From Octopus vulgaris (taxonomy: Eukaryota): a stretch of 64,000 nt of DNA. The notes under the pieces are model-generated. The model did no database searches, was not told the DNA's origin, and saw only the letters and a list, made by a program, of their open reading frames with translations. This document shows positions 39,115 to 52,285 of the stretch, one piece after another (positions within the stretch are counted from its first letter, which is position 1; every line of letters begins with the position of its first letter). Made by a program: the position numbers and the translations under genes. Where the stretch lies: NCBI GenBank assembly GCA_951406725.2, contig OX597818.1, forward strand, positions 69,874,001-69,938,000, in the 5' to 3' direction.

Positions 39115-39488
39115 TTATATAATGTACAAGGTGAAGAAAAATTCACGCACCATAGGGACAATTTATTAAAAGTATAATTATACATGAAAATTTTGTTAGT
39201 TATATAGTTGATGACTTCCTTGTCGATTTTTTGGGGCTGTTTGTAAGAGTTGCTAATATAACTGCTTTGTTATGTCTGGTGAGAGTCATACTGCTAGGGG
39301 TGGGCCCAGTGGTGCCTGAAGGGAACGTGACCCTTCAAGAAAAGAAATGCACCCTTCTAAATAATGTTACTACGTTCTTTCCTCCTGGAATTATATTTCC
39401 TTCTGATCTTGCGCCCTCCATTCGAAAAATTCTAGGGATCGCGCCTGAATTAATACCGGTTCAATTTCAACTCATTTATTATCACCCC

Positions 39489-39882
39489 CGCAAGGCGGCG
39501 AGCTGGCAGAAATGTTAGCATGCTTAGCGATATTTCGTCTGTCGATACGTTCTGAGTTCAAATTCCGCCGAGGTCCACTTTGCCTTTCATCCTTTCGGGA
39601 TCGATAAATTAAATGCCAGTTACACATTGGGGTCGATGTAATCGACTTAATCCTCTTGTCTGTCCTTGTCCCCCCCCCCTCTGTGTTTAGCCCCTTGTGG
39701 GTAATAAAGAAATAAGTATTTCGTCTGTCTTTACGTTCTGAGTTCAAATTCCGCCGAGATCGACTTGGCCTTTCATCCTTTCGGAGTCGATAAATTAAGT
39801 ACCAGTTGCGTATTGGAGTCGATCTAATCTACTGACCCCCTCCTCAAAAATTTCTGGCCTTGTGCCTAGAGAAGAAAGGATT
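39489..39882 (+). mobile_element. Dimeric SINE family A (head, core, tail X, core, tail Y)
   Basis: Core tacgttctgagttcaaattccgccgag..gcctttcatcctttcgg repeated at ~39546 and ~39732. Confidence 0.88.
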
Positions 39883-39883
39883 C

Positions 39884-40200
39884 TGACCTCCACCTTAGTG
39901 AAGTCGGAGGTATTGTTTTCAGTCGAGTTTGCTTGTTTGTTTGACCTTGGACAAGATATCTCAAGAATCGCCGAATGGATTCGAATGAAACTTTCAGGGA
40001 TGTCTGGCCTCGTGACTGGTATGAACTGATTAGATTTTGGGATCGATCTGGTACTGGACAAGGATTCTGTATTATTTTCCCGGTGTTTTCACTTAATTTT
40101 TGAGATTAGTCGGGTTCATTGTTAGTATTCCTGTTTGTGAGAGCAGTTGAGTTTATTTCAGATATTCTCATTTTAAAAACCATCTTCGGCTCATCGGAGC
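39884..40200 (+). mobile_element. Helentron-associated (HINE/DINE-1-like) non-autonomous element fragment
   Basis: acctcc..ggaggt subterminal hairpin, (gttt)n run, then caagatatctcaaga..ggattcgaatgaaacttt, the usual HINE layout. Confidence 0.55.
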
Positions 40201-40250
40201 TTCGTGATCGTGTTTATTTTTTTTTTTTCTATCTTCCATGTATATATATG

Positions 40251-40298
<48 letters not shown>

Positions 40299-40308
40299 CA
40301 TATATATG

Positions 40309-40340
<32 letters not shown>

Positions 40341-40398
40341 TGTATATGTATATATGTATATATATGTATGTATGTATATATATATGTATATGTATATA

Positions 40399-40783
40399 TC
40401 TCTCTCTATATAAACGGCAGTTTGTCTGTGTGTGTGTCTGTGTGTCTGTTTGGTTGTACCCTCACCCTGACCACGGCTTTCAACCGATTCTGATGAAACT
40501 TGACACACACATAGCCCAATGTCATAATTCAAAACTAACGCAGCGAAAATTTTGAAAAGTTCACCCAGTTCTGAAAAAAATCGATAAATTCGACATGGGG
40601 TCGAGAATCAGAAACACAAACCGCAGACTGTCTAGGGGACGCAACTCGACCTTTTTTAACTCTCAAAAAAAATTTACCATCATTTTTTTTTCCATTTTTT
40701 TGCTATTTTTTGGCTATAACTCTCTAAAAATACTTTATAGTTATTTCCTTACAAACCTGAGCAACGCCGGGCGATACTGCTAG
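40399..40783 (+). mobile_element. Non-autonomous Helitron
   Basis: 5' TC(tctctctatataaa), 3' GC-rich hairpin cctgagcaacgccggg then CTAG, inserted between A and T, no TSD. Confidence 0.85.
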
Positions 40784-40939
40784 TGTATATATATGTATGT
40801 GTATGTATGTATGTATATATATATATATGCATGTAAGTTGTGTACAGAAATCCTGGTGAGTACTTGATAATTGTAAGCACCTGTATTTACCGTTTGGTGG
40901 TGTAGGTGGTGGAGTAAATTAATCAAAATAAATTAACCA

Positions 40940-41058
40940 AAATATGCATGTATATATGTATGTATGTGTATGTTTATATATATGTATAGATATGTATGTA
41001 TATATATGTATATATATGTATTTATATGAATATATATGTATGTATATGTATGTATATG

Positions 41059-41090
<32 letters not shown>

Positions 41091-41389
41091 TGCATGTATA
41101 TATATGTATATATGTATGTATATGTATGTATGTATATATATGTATATATATGTATGTATGTAAATATATGTATGTATATATATATATATATGTATATATA
41201 TGTATGTAAATATATGTATGTATATATATGTGTATGTATGTATATATATGTGTATGTATGTATATATATGTGTATATATATATATATATATGTGTGTGTA
41301 TATATGTGTGTATATATATATATATATGTATGTGTGTATATATGTGGAACTTAAAACAAAGATGATGGTACATACATATACAAATGTAC

Positions 41390-41420
<31 letters not shown>

Positions 41421-41680
41421 CATGCATGTATATACATACATATACACATGCATGTATATGCATACATATACACATGCATGTATATGCATACACATATATA
41501 TATATACACACATATATATATACACATACAATCATACATGTACACATACATTTGTATACCAAATGTTTATGTATAAATGTGTTTGTACACATATGCATAT
41601 ACATAGATGTATGTTTGTATACATGTATATGAGCATATGCTTGTATGTTTGCGTGTACATACACATGTGTACATATAGGC
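40940..41680. repeat. Complex (TA/TG/CA) low-complexity tract
   Basis: Direct reading; source of the long spurious YI/HI ORFs. Confidence 0.95.
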
Positions 41681-42700
41681 ATACGAAAATAAGGGGATCA
41701 AAAACTATTTCAACAATTAATGACACACTACAAAAGTCAAATAAAGACCAAAATGGGGATCTGGTTCCACATCTGGAACAATATTGTTGCAGCAACACCC
41801 ACAGAAGTCCTGGATGCCAGAGAATGACCACTTAAAGGAATGGCATTAAATCATTCACTAACACTCTGACCTACAAACTTGTTGTCTCCACTTGTCTTTC
41901 CTCATTTCTGCTATAACGGTCTCTGTTCCTTGGAGTTAACTGGTTTTGTACATTCACAGCACTTCTCATCCTTCTTGTACCCAACCCAACCTAGACACAC
42001 AGTAACCTGTTAATATTTAAATGCAACATAAGCCTCATTGCAATCAGCAGTCTCAGAGACCCTGTAGTGTTCACAGGTCCTGCCCCTTTTTTTGATACTC
42101 AACAATTGAACAAATAAAAGGTAACTATTGTGACAACAAATCTGCCATTTCAATAAATATAAACAAACTCAGCATGGAGTGATTTAGGAAAGACATCTTG
42201 TGTTCTACTCCAGCTTTACATTATCCAAGTGTCCTTCCTTTTATAAAACAATAGGGTGTGCTTTTGAAAGATATGACAATTATTTTTAGCTGGTTGAACA
42301 CTGTGTTGTGGCTCTGTGTTTGGCTTATTAATTCTGCAGGTTTTAATCTAAGCTTGTGTGCAGATGTATTTACAAGACTTATAGCATCTTGTATTCTTCC
42401 TTATTTACATTCCATGGAAAGACAAAAAAAAAAAAAAAAGAAACTACAGCAAACAAAGGTAAAACTGTTATATTTTATTCTCAATGACAAAAATCTTCCC
42501 AAAGAAAGAAATTGATTTAAATTGATTTTATTACATCGTCTTTTATTGATTTCATTGTGTTTTCACAGATTTTAATTTCTCCCCTTCTCATTAAAAATAT
42601 TGAATAGATGACAAATATTTCTCTCTCTCTCCCCTTTTTTTACTCAAAGTTTAGTAGTCATGTATTTTTGGCTGGTTTTAGAATTAGCCATTTATATTTA

Positions 42701-42780
<80 letters not shown>

Positions 42781-42854
42781 ATATATATATATGTTTATAT
42801 ATATACATATATTTATTTATGCATATATATTTGTTTATATATATTTATATATAT

Positions 42855-42885
<31 letters not shown>

Positions 42886-43364
42886 ACACACATGCATGTG
42901 TGCGTCTGTGTATGTATGCATGTGTTTGTATGTGTGATTATATATAATTGTATATTCCCAAATTTCCATCTCCTGTTTGCCTTTGTCTCATTTCTTCTCA
43001 CTTCTCTTCTTTTATCATTTACTCCTTAGAAATAAAAAAAAAATAGATTCTCTTATCTATTTCAAAAAATATAAAAAACTTTCTTCTTTCTTTAATTTCC
43101 TTCCTGTCTTTTTTCCTTTTTGTTTATATTTTGTACTTTCTTTTTATTGAGTGAAAAAAAACTGATGCTAAAAAACTCTATCTTGTTGAATATAACCATT
43201 TTATTGTGAGGTTTTAGCTTTTCTTCTCTATGGAATAATTTTACTATAAAATCCCGAATGCCAAGTTTATAGCAGCATATCGTGTATAAAAATGGATTTC
43301 TTGTCACTTCTTCATCAGGAAAGACATTTATTTTTTATGTCGTGTATGTTTTTAGCAAACATAC

Positions 43365-43571
43365 TTTTCCATAAGACATACAGTAGTAGAGATGGAAGTA
43401 GTTTCACACAGTGCCACGTTATCAAGGCATGGAATTCTTTGCACCTTGTTGTCAATTCTTGATAGAAATGGTTTCATTATAAGAAGCTGACAATAAGTAT
43501 TCCACAACAATAAACTTAATACTAACATACTCAAGTGCTTTCATTGCCAGAATTGCAGATTTCTTGTAAAC
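43365..43571 (-). other. Two candidate exons (43531-43571, 43365-43457) joined in frame across a 73-nt intron
   Basis: ttgttgttgtaag|VYKKSAILAMKALE|gtatgt..tttctatcaag|IDNKVQRIPCLDNVALCETTSISTTVCLME|gtatgt; phases are compatible. Confidence 0.35.
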
Positions 43572-45161
43572 CTTACAACAACAAAAATACAACAGTAACC
43601 AGATTACTAAAATGACAGACCAGCTAAAAAGACAGACAAGAGACTTAGAAAACCAGTGAAATAATCCGTCACTGAATCTAATGTGCCTGGCTCTTTACTC
43701 TAGCTCCTTCCATATCATTATCTGCTCTCTCAGAGCTGAACGTAGCTGTACAATAAGAATGACAATCTGGGAAATTGGATATATTCCAGATAGAAGGGTT
43801 CACAAACGGAGCAATTCAAACAGCCAATATGGTTACAGAAAAATAGAGAAATATTGAAATATTGAAATAACAAATTCCACATTTCGTATGTCTCCATTTG
43901 TTCCTATTTGTTCTGTAATCATAAGAACTATTTCCCGTGATATTTACCAAAATGTTAATAAATGGAAGCAAAATGATAAAAGAGAACCCTCTCTGCAGTC
44001 ACGATACCTTCCCAAAATAGCAGTCCAAATTCCTTCGAATCATATTTTATTACATTAAAAAATAGGAAGAACACATTGGAGGTTGTAATTATTGATATAC
44101 AAACAGGTGGGATTGTCATGAATGGAACACTTTTGATCTTGAGTCTGAATAATCAATGTTGGATCATAGGGTCCCTGATATACAAAATAATGAAGAGTTC
44201 AGGGTTGGGATGCCATTGATCATTGTAGGATGGCCTGTGGCTAAACATCAACAATATTAAAACAAACTTCTTCTGAACTAGATATAGGTATTGGTGTGTG
44301 GTTTGGCAGACACCTTGGGCAAGTATCTTGTATTATAGCCCCAGGCTGACCAAAACATTGGGAGTGTTTTGAGAGGACTTGATAAATGGGGACTGATAAA
44401 CATCTTTGTGTGTGTGTGTGTGTGTGTGGGGGGGTCTACATTTTTGCTTCTCCAAAAAAATCACTCAACTTTGTGTGTTGACATTGTTGCTCTTTTCTTG
44501 TCAATAGGTCATCTGCTGGGTTTGTTCCTTCAAAAACATGTGGAATAAAACATCCTCTACTTGACAAACAGATTTAGGGTCCAACAGCAGGAAGGGCATC
44601 CAGCTGTATAAATGATGCCTCGGTAATATATTCATCTAACCCATGCTGGCATGGAAAAACAGACATAAAAACCATTGAATATCATATTTTAAAGTTACGA
44701 ATATTTGAAAGAAATTCTGTTGGTGTGCACTTATGCGCATGAATGTGCATACACTGCCAGTTGCAGTTCAACAGGTTCAGACAAACCTCATTGCAGTTTT
44801 ATGCAAATATAATAATTATCCAACATTTATTTTAATTTTCACAAATTACACAGCTAATGATGGATTCATTTAAATAATTAACAACCTCCCTTTCCTTCAA
44901 CTGAAATCTTGGCTATGCCCATGGAACATGTTTTTAAATTAATTCCATGCTTTAAATCATTTATTTTATTTTTATTTTATATTTTCATGTTTGTATGAAG
45001 TGATGCATATATCTCGTTGAGCTGCACAGTTAATAATCAAATAACTTGTGGAAAAAGCAAAAACTTTGAGAAGGAAATTGGAAATTTTTCTCTCACACTG
45101 ATTGGCTGAAACAAATATCAAAACCCAATCAGAAGGAATTTCTGAACTGTGACTTTTTGTT

Positions 45162-45849
45162 TTTCTTTCATTTGTTTCAGTCATCAGCATGGTGGCCATG
45201 CTGGGGAACTACTTTGAAAAATTTTTTTAGCCAGATGGATTGCCCCTTAGCCTGGTATTTATTCTATTGGTCTTGTTTGCTGAAATGCTATGGGGACATA
45301 AACACACCAATACCAGTTGTAGTGCTGGAAGACAAACACTCACAAAGACACACACACATATGCATGCCTACATGCATACATTTATATATATATATATATA
45401 TATGCCTGTGGGTCATTGCCAGAGTCACCTGACTGGCTCCCCATGCTGGTGGCATGTAAAAAGCACCATCCAAACATGGGCGATGCCAGTGCCACCTGAC
45501 TGACTCCCATGCCAGTGAAAAATACCCACTACACTCTTGGAGGGGTTGGCTGTAGAAACATTGCTAGATCAGACTGGAGCCTGGTGCAGCCTCCTGGCTT
45601 GCCAGTCCCCAGTCAAACCGTCCAACCCATGCCAGCATGGAAAATGAATGTTAAACGATGATGATGATGTATGTATATATACACAACAGGCTTCTTTCAG
45701 TTTCTGTCTACTAAATGCACCCACAAGGCTTTGTTCAGCCTGAGATTATAGTAGAAGACACTTGCCCAAGGTGCCATGCTGTGGGACTGAACCCAGACTC
45801 ATGTGTTTGGGAAGCAAACTTTTAACCAAATAGCCAACCCTGCACCTAT
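45162..45849 (-). mobile_element. SINE family B interrupted by a plus-strand RTE 3' fragment (45410-45669)
   Basis: Tail 45162-45345 and head 45682-45849 match 55338-55729; insert ends in (gat)n. Confidence 0.85.
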
Positions 45850-47330
45850 GTTGAAACAAATAGAGAAAACATTATCAGAAGCAGTTTCTGAATTACCAGA
45901 GAGGAGGAAGTGGATGGGGGCAGCGCCACTTGAGCCACAGACAGAACACTGTGCAGTATTTATTCTAACACTTGGTGTTCTGTGTTCAAATTTCACTCAA
46001 GGGTCAAATTTATCGTTTAACATTCCAAAAGGTACACACCTAGGGCAGAAGACTGACACAGCAGTTAGAATGTTGGACCAGATACTTTGTGGTATTCTAG
46101 ATCTTTACAATTCTGACTTCAAATCCTACCATGGCCTACTTGGGTGGTAGACTTAATCCCTTAACCAAATAAATACCATTACATGGTAGAATAACCTGAT
46201 GGAAATAGCAGCCAAATTTTCATCTAATCACATGTTGGCATCTTAAATAAGAAAAAGACACATTGTATCTTAAATATACTTGAAAGGATGAGGTGGACAC
46301 TAGTGGAATGTTTATGATCATGAAATGACTGAGTAGCAAGGACTTGAACTCAGAGTAAAACATTATCACATACAAAATTAAGCAACAAAATAAATTAACA
46401 TGAATGAACACCCAATCCATGCCAGCTTGGAACACAGATATGAATGATGAAGATATTACGTGTCCAAAGTGTCAAAGTGTGACAAAAAATACCCTCAGAT
46501 TAACCAGTCTTGGTCAATGTTTTCACAGCCAACACACACACCAAGTACACCACTGGAAAGCATGACAGGAAGTGAGAAAAGAAACAATAAAGGCACCACA
46601 ACCATCAGCTTAATTTTACTAGTTCCACACAAGGAGCAACTGAAATGTGTAAGTTTTCCCTGCTGCATCCTCTAGATAGCATTAGCTGAATGGCAAAAGG
46701 GAGAAATAAAAAAAAAAAAAAAAAGAGTTCTTGACGTTTCAGGCAGTTGTTCGTTATCAAGGAAAATCAGAAAAGGAAGAAAGCGGTAAAAGAAATGGAA
46801 GACAAGTTTCAGGTGGTGGAGGTCAGTGAAATGTTATTGTATGAGCTGTATTGTGACAGACCCTATGAGAAATACCTAAAAATTAAATTGATAAACGAAT
46901 AACCAGCAATTCCAGTATAAATTATCAATGTTAGTGGGAAGTTTCTAGAAGCTGCATTCATTGCTAGTTATGGTATTGGTTATTTCTTTGTCTCACAGTC
47001 AACAATAAAAGATTTTTTTTTAATGTTAAAAATAAAATTTTAAATATTAATAATATAAAATGACATAAAAATCATTGTTGATCATGAGAATTATATTTCT
47101 ATTTTCTATTTTTTATGTCGGTTTTTTAATGCAATTTTTAAATTTTATTTATTGTATTTATTTTTGTTATTTTTAGCTAAATTGGCAATCATTACTAACG
47201 AATATTGAAAATATAATTAGCTAAAAATCTTGGCCCGAGGGCAGCCTCAGGAAGAGATATTCTGTTGAGAAAAATGTGAACTATGGAATTTCAGTTTTGA
47301 CTTTGAATAAGATGTAGGCTATTTAAAATG

Positions 47331-47400
47331 TGTGTGTGTGTATGCGCACGTGTGTGTGTGTATGCGCACGTGTGTGTGTGTATGCGCACGTGTGTGTGTG
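47331..47400. repeat. 20-bp minisatellite x3.5 (tgtgtgtgtgtatgcgcacg)
   Basis: Direct reading. Confidence 0.95.
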
Positions 47401-47852
47401 TGATTGTGCGTCATTGTTTGTAATTGTGTTTCTGGTGAATGTGTTTATTTTTTTGTCTGAGAATGTTTGTATGTTAATGTGTCTGTGTATATATGTGTGT
47501 ATTACATGTTTGAATATACATATGTGTATGTACCTGATTATGTAGGTGCCTGTGTGTGTGTGTATCAGTTTCTATATGTGTATTTAGGAATACTTTTGTG
47601 TTAAACAGTTTGTGTGTATAGGAGTGAGGAGTGTGTGTGGTTGTGCCTTGTGGATTGCTCTATGCATATCTAGGCTCTTTAAATGTGTCTCTGTGTGTGT
47701 TTGTGTGTAATTACATATTTATGGCATGAAGAACTATGTATATGTCTGTGAGTTCATTCTTGTGAGGAATTTTTAAATGTGCAAAGTTGTGTGTCTGGTT
47801 TTATGTTTCTCTGTAACATTGTCAATTCATTTGTTTGTTTCTCTTTCTCTCT

Positions 47853-47884
<32 letters not shown>

Positions 47885-48898
47885 ACAGAGGAGGTGACTT
47901 CACAAGAAATAATTTTGCTAAAAATGTCTGTAAGGATTTAAATAAATGTGATTATTAGAAAGCAAAAATGACTACACCAGAATAAAAGAAAACACAAATT
48001 CCCCAATAAGGGGTCACTTCCCTGGGGTCCAATCAGCAAACATGCAAATCAAGTGTACCCTTACAAGCAAGGGCATGTGTCCTCTTCTAGCTGTGTTGTT
48101 ATTCACTCGGAGATAAAATAAACATACATCACACATGCATCGGTTCAAGCAAACAAAGAAATACGGACAAAGTCTTCCACATATCACTCTTGAACACTGT
48201 ACAGGTGTGTGTAGATGTATGTAATCAGAAAACACAGCACCTGTGGCTATTGTAAACCCAGCATTACAATCAGAGCTTATTCTGGAAATCTATATGAGTA
48301 ATGATGCATTGTTCTGTGTGTATAACACCAAGATAGCAACAATGTGCAAATGACTGGTGGATTGAATGCTGAGATCACTCAGATCCAGGAAGAGGAGACC
48401 AAATTGGTTCCATAGAGAACTCAGTTGCCTGGACTACTGCTGCCACTTATGGCCACCTCATAGCATCAAACTAACAGTGGAGCTCGAGATAATCCAATAC
48501 TGTTACGCCAAAAGATAAGCTACTAAGAGAGAAGAAAAGAACCAAGGATCTAGAGTGAAGACATGGAATATACACACATGGAATATACACAACTTTGCAA
48601 TTGGAAGCTATACTACTGTCTGAATGGGATGTCACAACATAGGAGCAAAGGTCCCAGTTACTCCATCTAGAGTACAGACACTACACTGTCATAGTTAAGG
48701 ATGCAAGGGCCCACAACATTTCAATAACTCGTCAACAAACCCCATTGGCCATAGTCAAACAGTATCATCATCAGCTGTTACAAGAGCAAAGGGAAATAGA
48801 TGAGAGAAAGAGGACATTTCAGAAGCTTCAAAGAGATGCATAGCAATGATACCACGGGTTCGCAAACCAAATACTGTGATGCAACCAATAAGACTTAG

Positions 48899-49240
48899 CA
48901 GTTGGTGTCAGACAGGGCTCAGTCCTAAATCCACTTCTGTTTATCATAGTGCTTCAAGCCATAAAACAGATCAGGTGCCTGTGGGGACTCCTATATACTG
49001 ATGATCTACTTCTTATAGCTAGATTATTCAAAGACTCAGAATAGAAATTCAAGGAGGCAAAAGTTAGAACTGAAAGGACTGAAAGATAACCCAGCAAACA
49101 GTAAGGCCTTAGAAAGAAAGAAGACAAGGCTCTGCCATCGTCAGGCTGATATCCATGTTCAGTATACAAGGAAATTTTACTTAAAAATTCCTTACAAACA
49201 ACACAGTGTGAACTGTGGATGTACAAGAAGTTTGGTGGTG
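48899..49240 (+). mobile_element. Decayed RTE-like RT fragment
   Basis: VGVRQGSVLNPLLFIIVLQAI..WGLLYTDDLLLIA. Confidence 0.8.
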
Positions 49241-49664
49241 TAAATTCTGTGCAATAAAGCTTCGAAATGAAAGTATCTTTTACTACCAAATCATCCTCCA
49301 TTGGCAGAGATGAGCAAGATCATGGAAACCTAACATAAATCAAAGCCTACAGATATCTTGAACAGTTTTTGGCATTTCCTATGTAATGTGTTTACATCTT
49401 TCTAACAGGTTTCTTTGGCTTTAATATTCTCTGGGTGTTGCTGCCCTTTCAATCAATTAACTTTCTTACTTTCTTTCTTATTGCTTTTTATTGTTGTTTT
49501 TAGTGTTTTTGTTGTGGTTCCCTTGCTTTTCTGTTTTCTTTTTTTGTTGAAATTCATAGCGGATCTGCCACAGATCAAAGTGTTAATAAATGAATTTTTT
49601 CGTTCAATGAAAAATGAAGAAAGCAGGAAAAAATATTTGAATATTACTTTTTCATAAGAACACC

Positions 49665-49731
49665 TTACACACACACACATGTATGTATATATATATATAT
49701 GTATGTGTGTATATACATGTGTGTGTGTGTG

Positions 49732-49779
<48 letters not shown>

Positions 49780-50206
49780 TACATATGCATATGTGTGTGT
49801 GTATATATAAATATATATATATATATAATATATACATACACACACACACACACATGTATGTGTGTGTCTGTATATATCAGATTGAGCTTGGTGCAGATTC
49901 TGGCTCACCAGTCCTCAGTCAAACCATCCAACCCATGCCAGCATAGAAAGCTAACGCTAAATGATGATGATGATACGTATGTATGCATGTATATATACAT
50001 GTATATATGTATGTATGTGTGCATGTATATATACATATATGTGCATGTATGTATGGATGTGTATATATATATATATATACATATATGTCTATATATGCAT
50101 GTATGTATATATATATATATATATGCATATATGCATGTGTATATATATATGAATATATATATATATGTATGTATGTATATATATGTGTGTGTGTGTGTAT
50201 ATATAT

Positions 50207-50238
<32 letters not shown>

Positions 50239-50292
50239 GCATGTATATATATTTATATATGCATGTATATGTGTGTATGATGTATGTATATA
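49665..50292. repeat. (TA/TG)n low-complexity tract containing a short RTE 3' end (49878-49973)
   Basis: Direct reading; insert matches ccatccaacccatgccagcat..(gat)n. Confidence 0.9.
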
Positions 50293-50907
50293 GACTTGAC
50301 AATCTTTCATCTGAATAGTTTTTGAAGCTACTGATATCTCTACTTTTGTAACTTTATATACACCCACTGTGAGTCATATTTAACAGCAAAACTAAGCAAT
50401 GCTAGAATGTAATTAACAGGTGTGTATGGAGTAGGTGTAGGGGGAAGCATCAGTAGGGTCAGGTGAAGTGCTAGAATCAACAGTAATAATCTAAATGGTA
50501 CATTACCTACACCAATCTCACTGGTGTTACAGGGTTGTGAAAGGTCAGGACAATGCCCTTACTTCAGATTGTGTAAGTATGATAACAAACATTTGCCAAA
50601 TGCCATTACCTGAAGACTGCATGTCTAATATGTCCAATGATGACCAGAAACTAAATCTTACTCTAGTATTCTATTGTATTTCATGAATTCACATTGAGAA
50701 TTGAACCTCGAAATACATTGTTTTGAAGTAAGGTTCTTGAACACAGTTATGCCTGTACCTATACCTATCTCTGCTCTGAAACACACATATTATATATGTG
50801 TGTGTGTGTCACACATAGGCATATACATACATATAAATATATATATATATGAATATGTGTGTGTATATATATATATATATATAGTGTGTGTGACACTATA
50901 TTAATGG

Positions 50908-51932
50908 TATAAAAACAGGGAAAGCCCCCAGCCCATCAGGAATTACCACAGAGATGCTTAAAATATCTGGCAGTGTCAGCTATAGTATAGTCAGCAGTTT
51001 AGTCACACAGGTGATACATGAAGGATTCATACCCAATGACTGGTGTAGCAGCACCATGGTCAACTGCTACGAAGTTAAAGGTGACACATTAGATACAAAT
51101 ATTTACAGAAATATCAAATTGTTGGATCAGGTGATGGAAGTTATGGAGAGGGTCATAGCCTAACTAATTAGGGAGAGAGTCAGTCTAGATGAGATGCAGT
51201 TTGGGTTCGTACCACTGATACTATATTTCTGGCAAGAATAGCCTGGGCAATGTTCAGAGAGCTCCTACCTCTGCTGGTAACAAAGGGCTTCTCACTCAGA
51301 TGAAAGGTAAAAAAGTTGAACCTGAGAAGCATCAGATGTGTTATGCATGGATGAGGACAGCTGTATGGAAAAGTGTTACACCCTAAGAGTGGAGGGAACC
51401 TGTGGAAGAGGTAGACCCAGGAAGACCTGGCATGAGGTAGTGAAGCACAGCCTTTGAACTTTGGTCCTCACAGAGACAATGACGAGCGATGAAGACCTTT
51501 GGAGATATGCTGTTCTTGAGAAGACCCTGCAAGCCAAATGAGGCCATGGTCTATGCCTGTGTCACATAACCAGCCCATTTAAAAGTACCCTTTAAACATT
51601 GGACAATATGCTGTGCTAGAGAAGACCTGTTGAGGCATGTGAAATAATTGTCATGGCCAATGCCAGTACCATCGGACTAGCATCCATGTTGGTGCCATGT
51701 AAAAAGCACCATTCGAGCATAGTCGATGCCAGTACAGCCTGACTGGCCCCTGTGCTGGTGGCATGTAAAAAGCACCCACTACACTCTCGGAATGGTTGGT
51801 GTTAGGAAGAGCATCCAGCTGTAGAAACCTTGCCAAATCAGATTGGAGCCTGGTGCAGTCTCCTGGCTTGCAAGTCCTTAGTCAAACCGTCCAACTCATG
51901 CCAGTATGGAAAGAGGACTTTAAGCAATGATT
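50908..51932 (+). mobile_element. RTE-like LINE with multiple internal deletions
   Basis: ORF 50954..51163 (IPNDW..KGD..YRNIKLL), QFGF, RIAWAMFRELLPLL, MDEDSC..RGRPRKTW, then 3' UTR. Confidence 0.9.
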
Positions 51933-51959
51933 ATATATATATATATATATATATATAGG

Positions 51960-52285
51960 TAAAGGATAAGAGCCCCTTCATTCATAAATGACCATGGGAT
52001 TGCACCTAGAAGTTCCCTTCTGAGGCATGATTCCAGGCAAAGTGGTTTTTGGAAGTCCAAGCCCACCAGCCTCCCCTCGCCACACCACCAATGTTATCCA
52101 AGGGAAAGGCAAAGGCTGATACGGCTTGGCACCTGTAATGTCACAACTCATTTCTACAGGTGAGTGAACTTGAACAACATGAAATAAAGTGTCTTGCTCA
52201 AGAACACAACACACAGCCTGGTCCAGAATCAAACTCACTACCACATGATTGTAAGTCTGAAGCTCTAACCACTGAGCCATGCACC
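51960..52285 (-). mobile_element. tRNA-derived CORE-like SINE with a third tail type
   Basis: Minus: tggctcagtggttagagc..gagtttgattc..tgtgttcttgagcaagacactttatttca, then a tail unlike family C. Confidence 0.8.

Noticed and set aside
40933-41835. Long ORFs (249, 211, 169 aa) and many similar YI/HT/CV-rich ORFs across the window
   Set aside because: Translations of TA/TG/CA microsatellites, which lack stop codons by composition.
47331-47400. CRISPR-like regular repeat
   Set aside because: Identical tandem units with no unique spacers, eukaryotic context, no cas genes.
48200-48890. Possible LTR-retrotransposon integrase remnant
   Set aside because: No diagnostic motif recoverable by manual translation.
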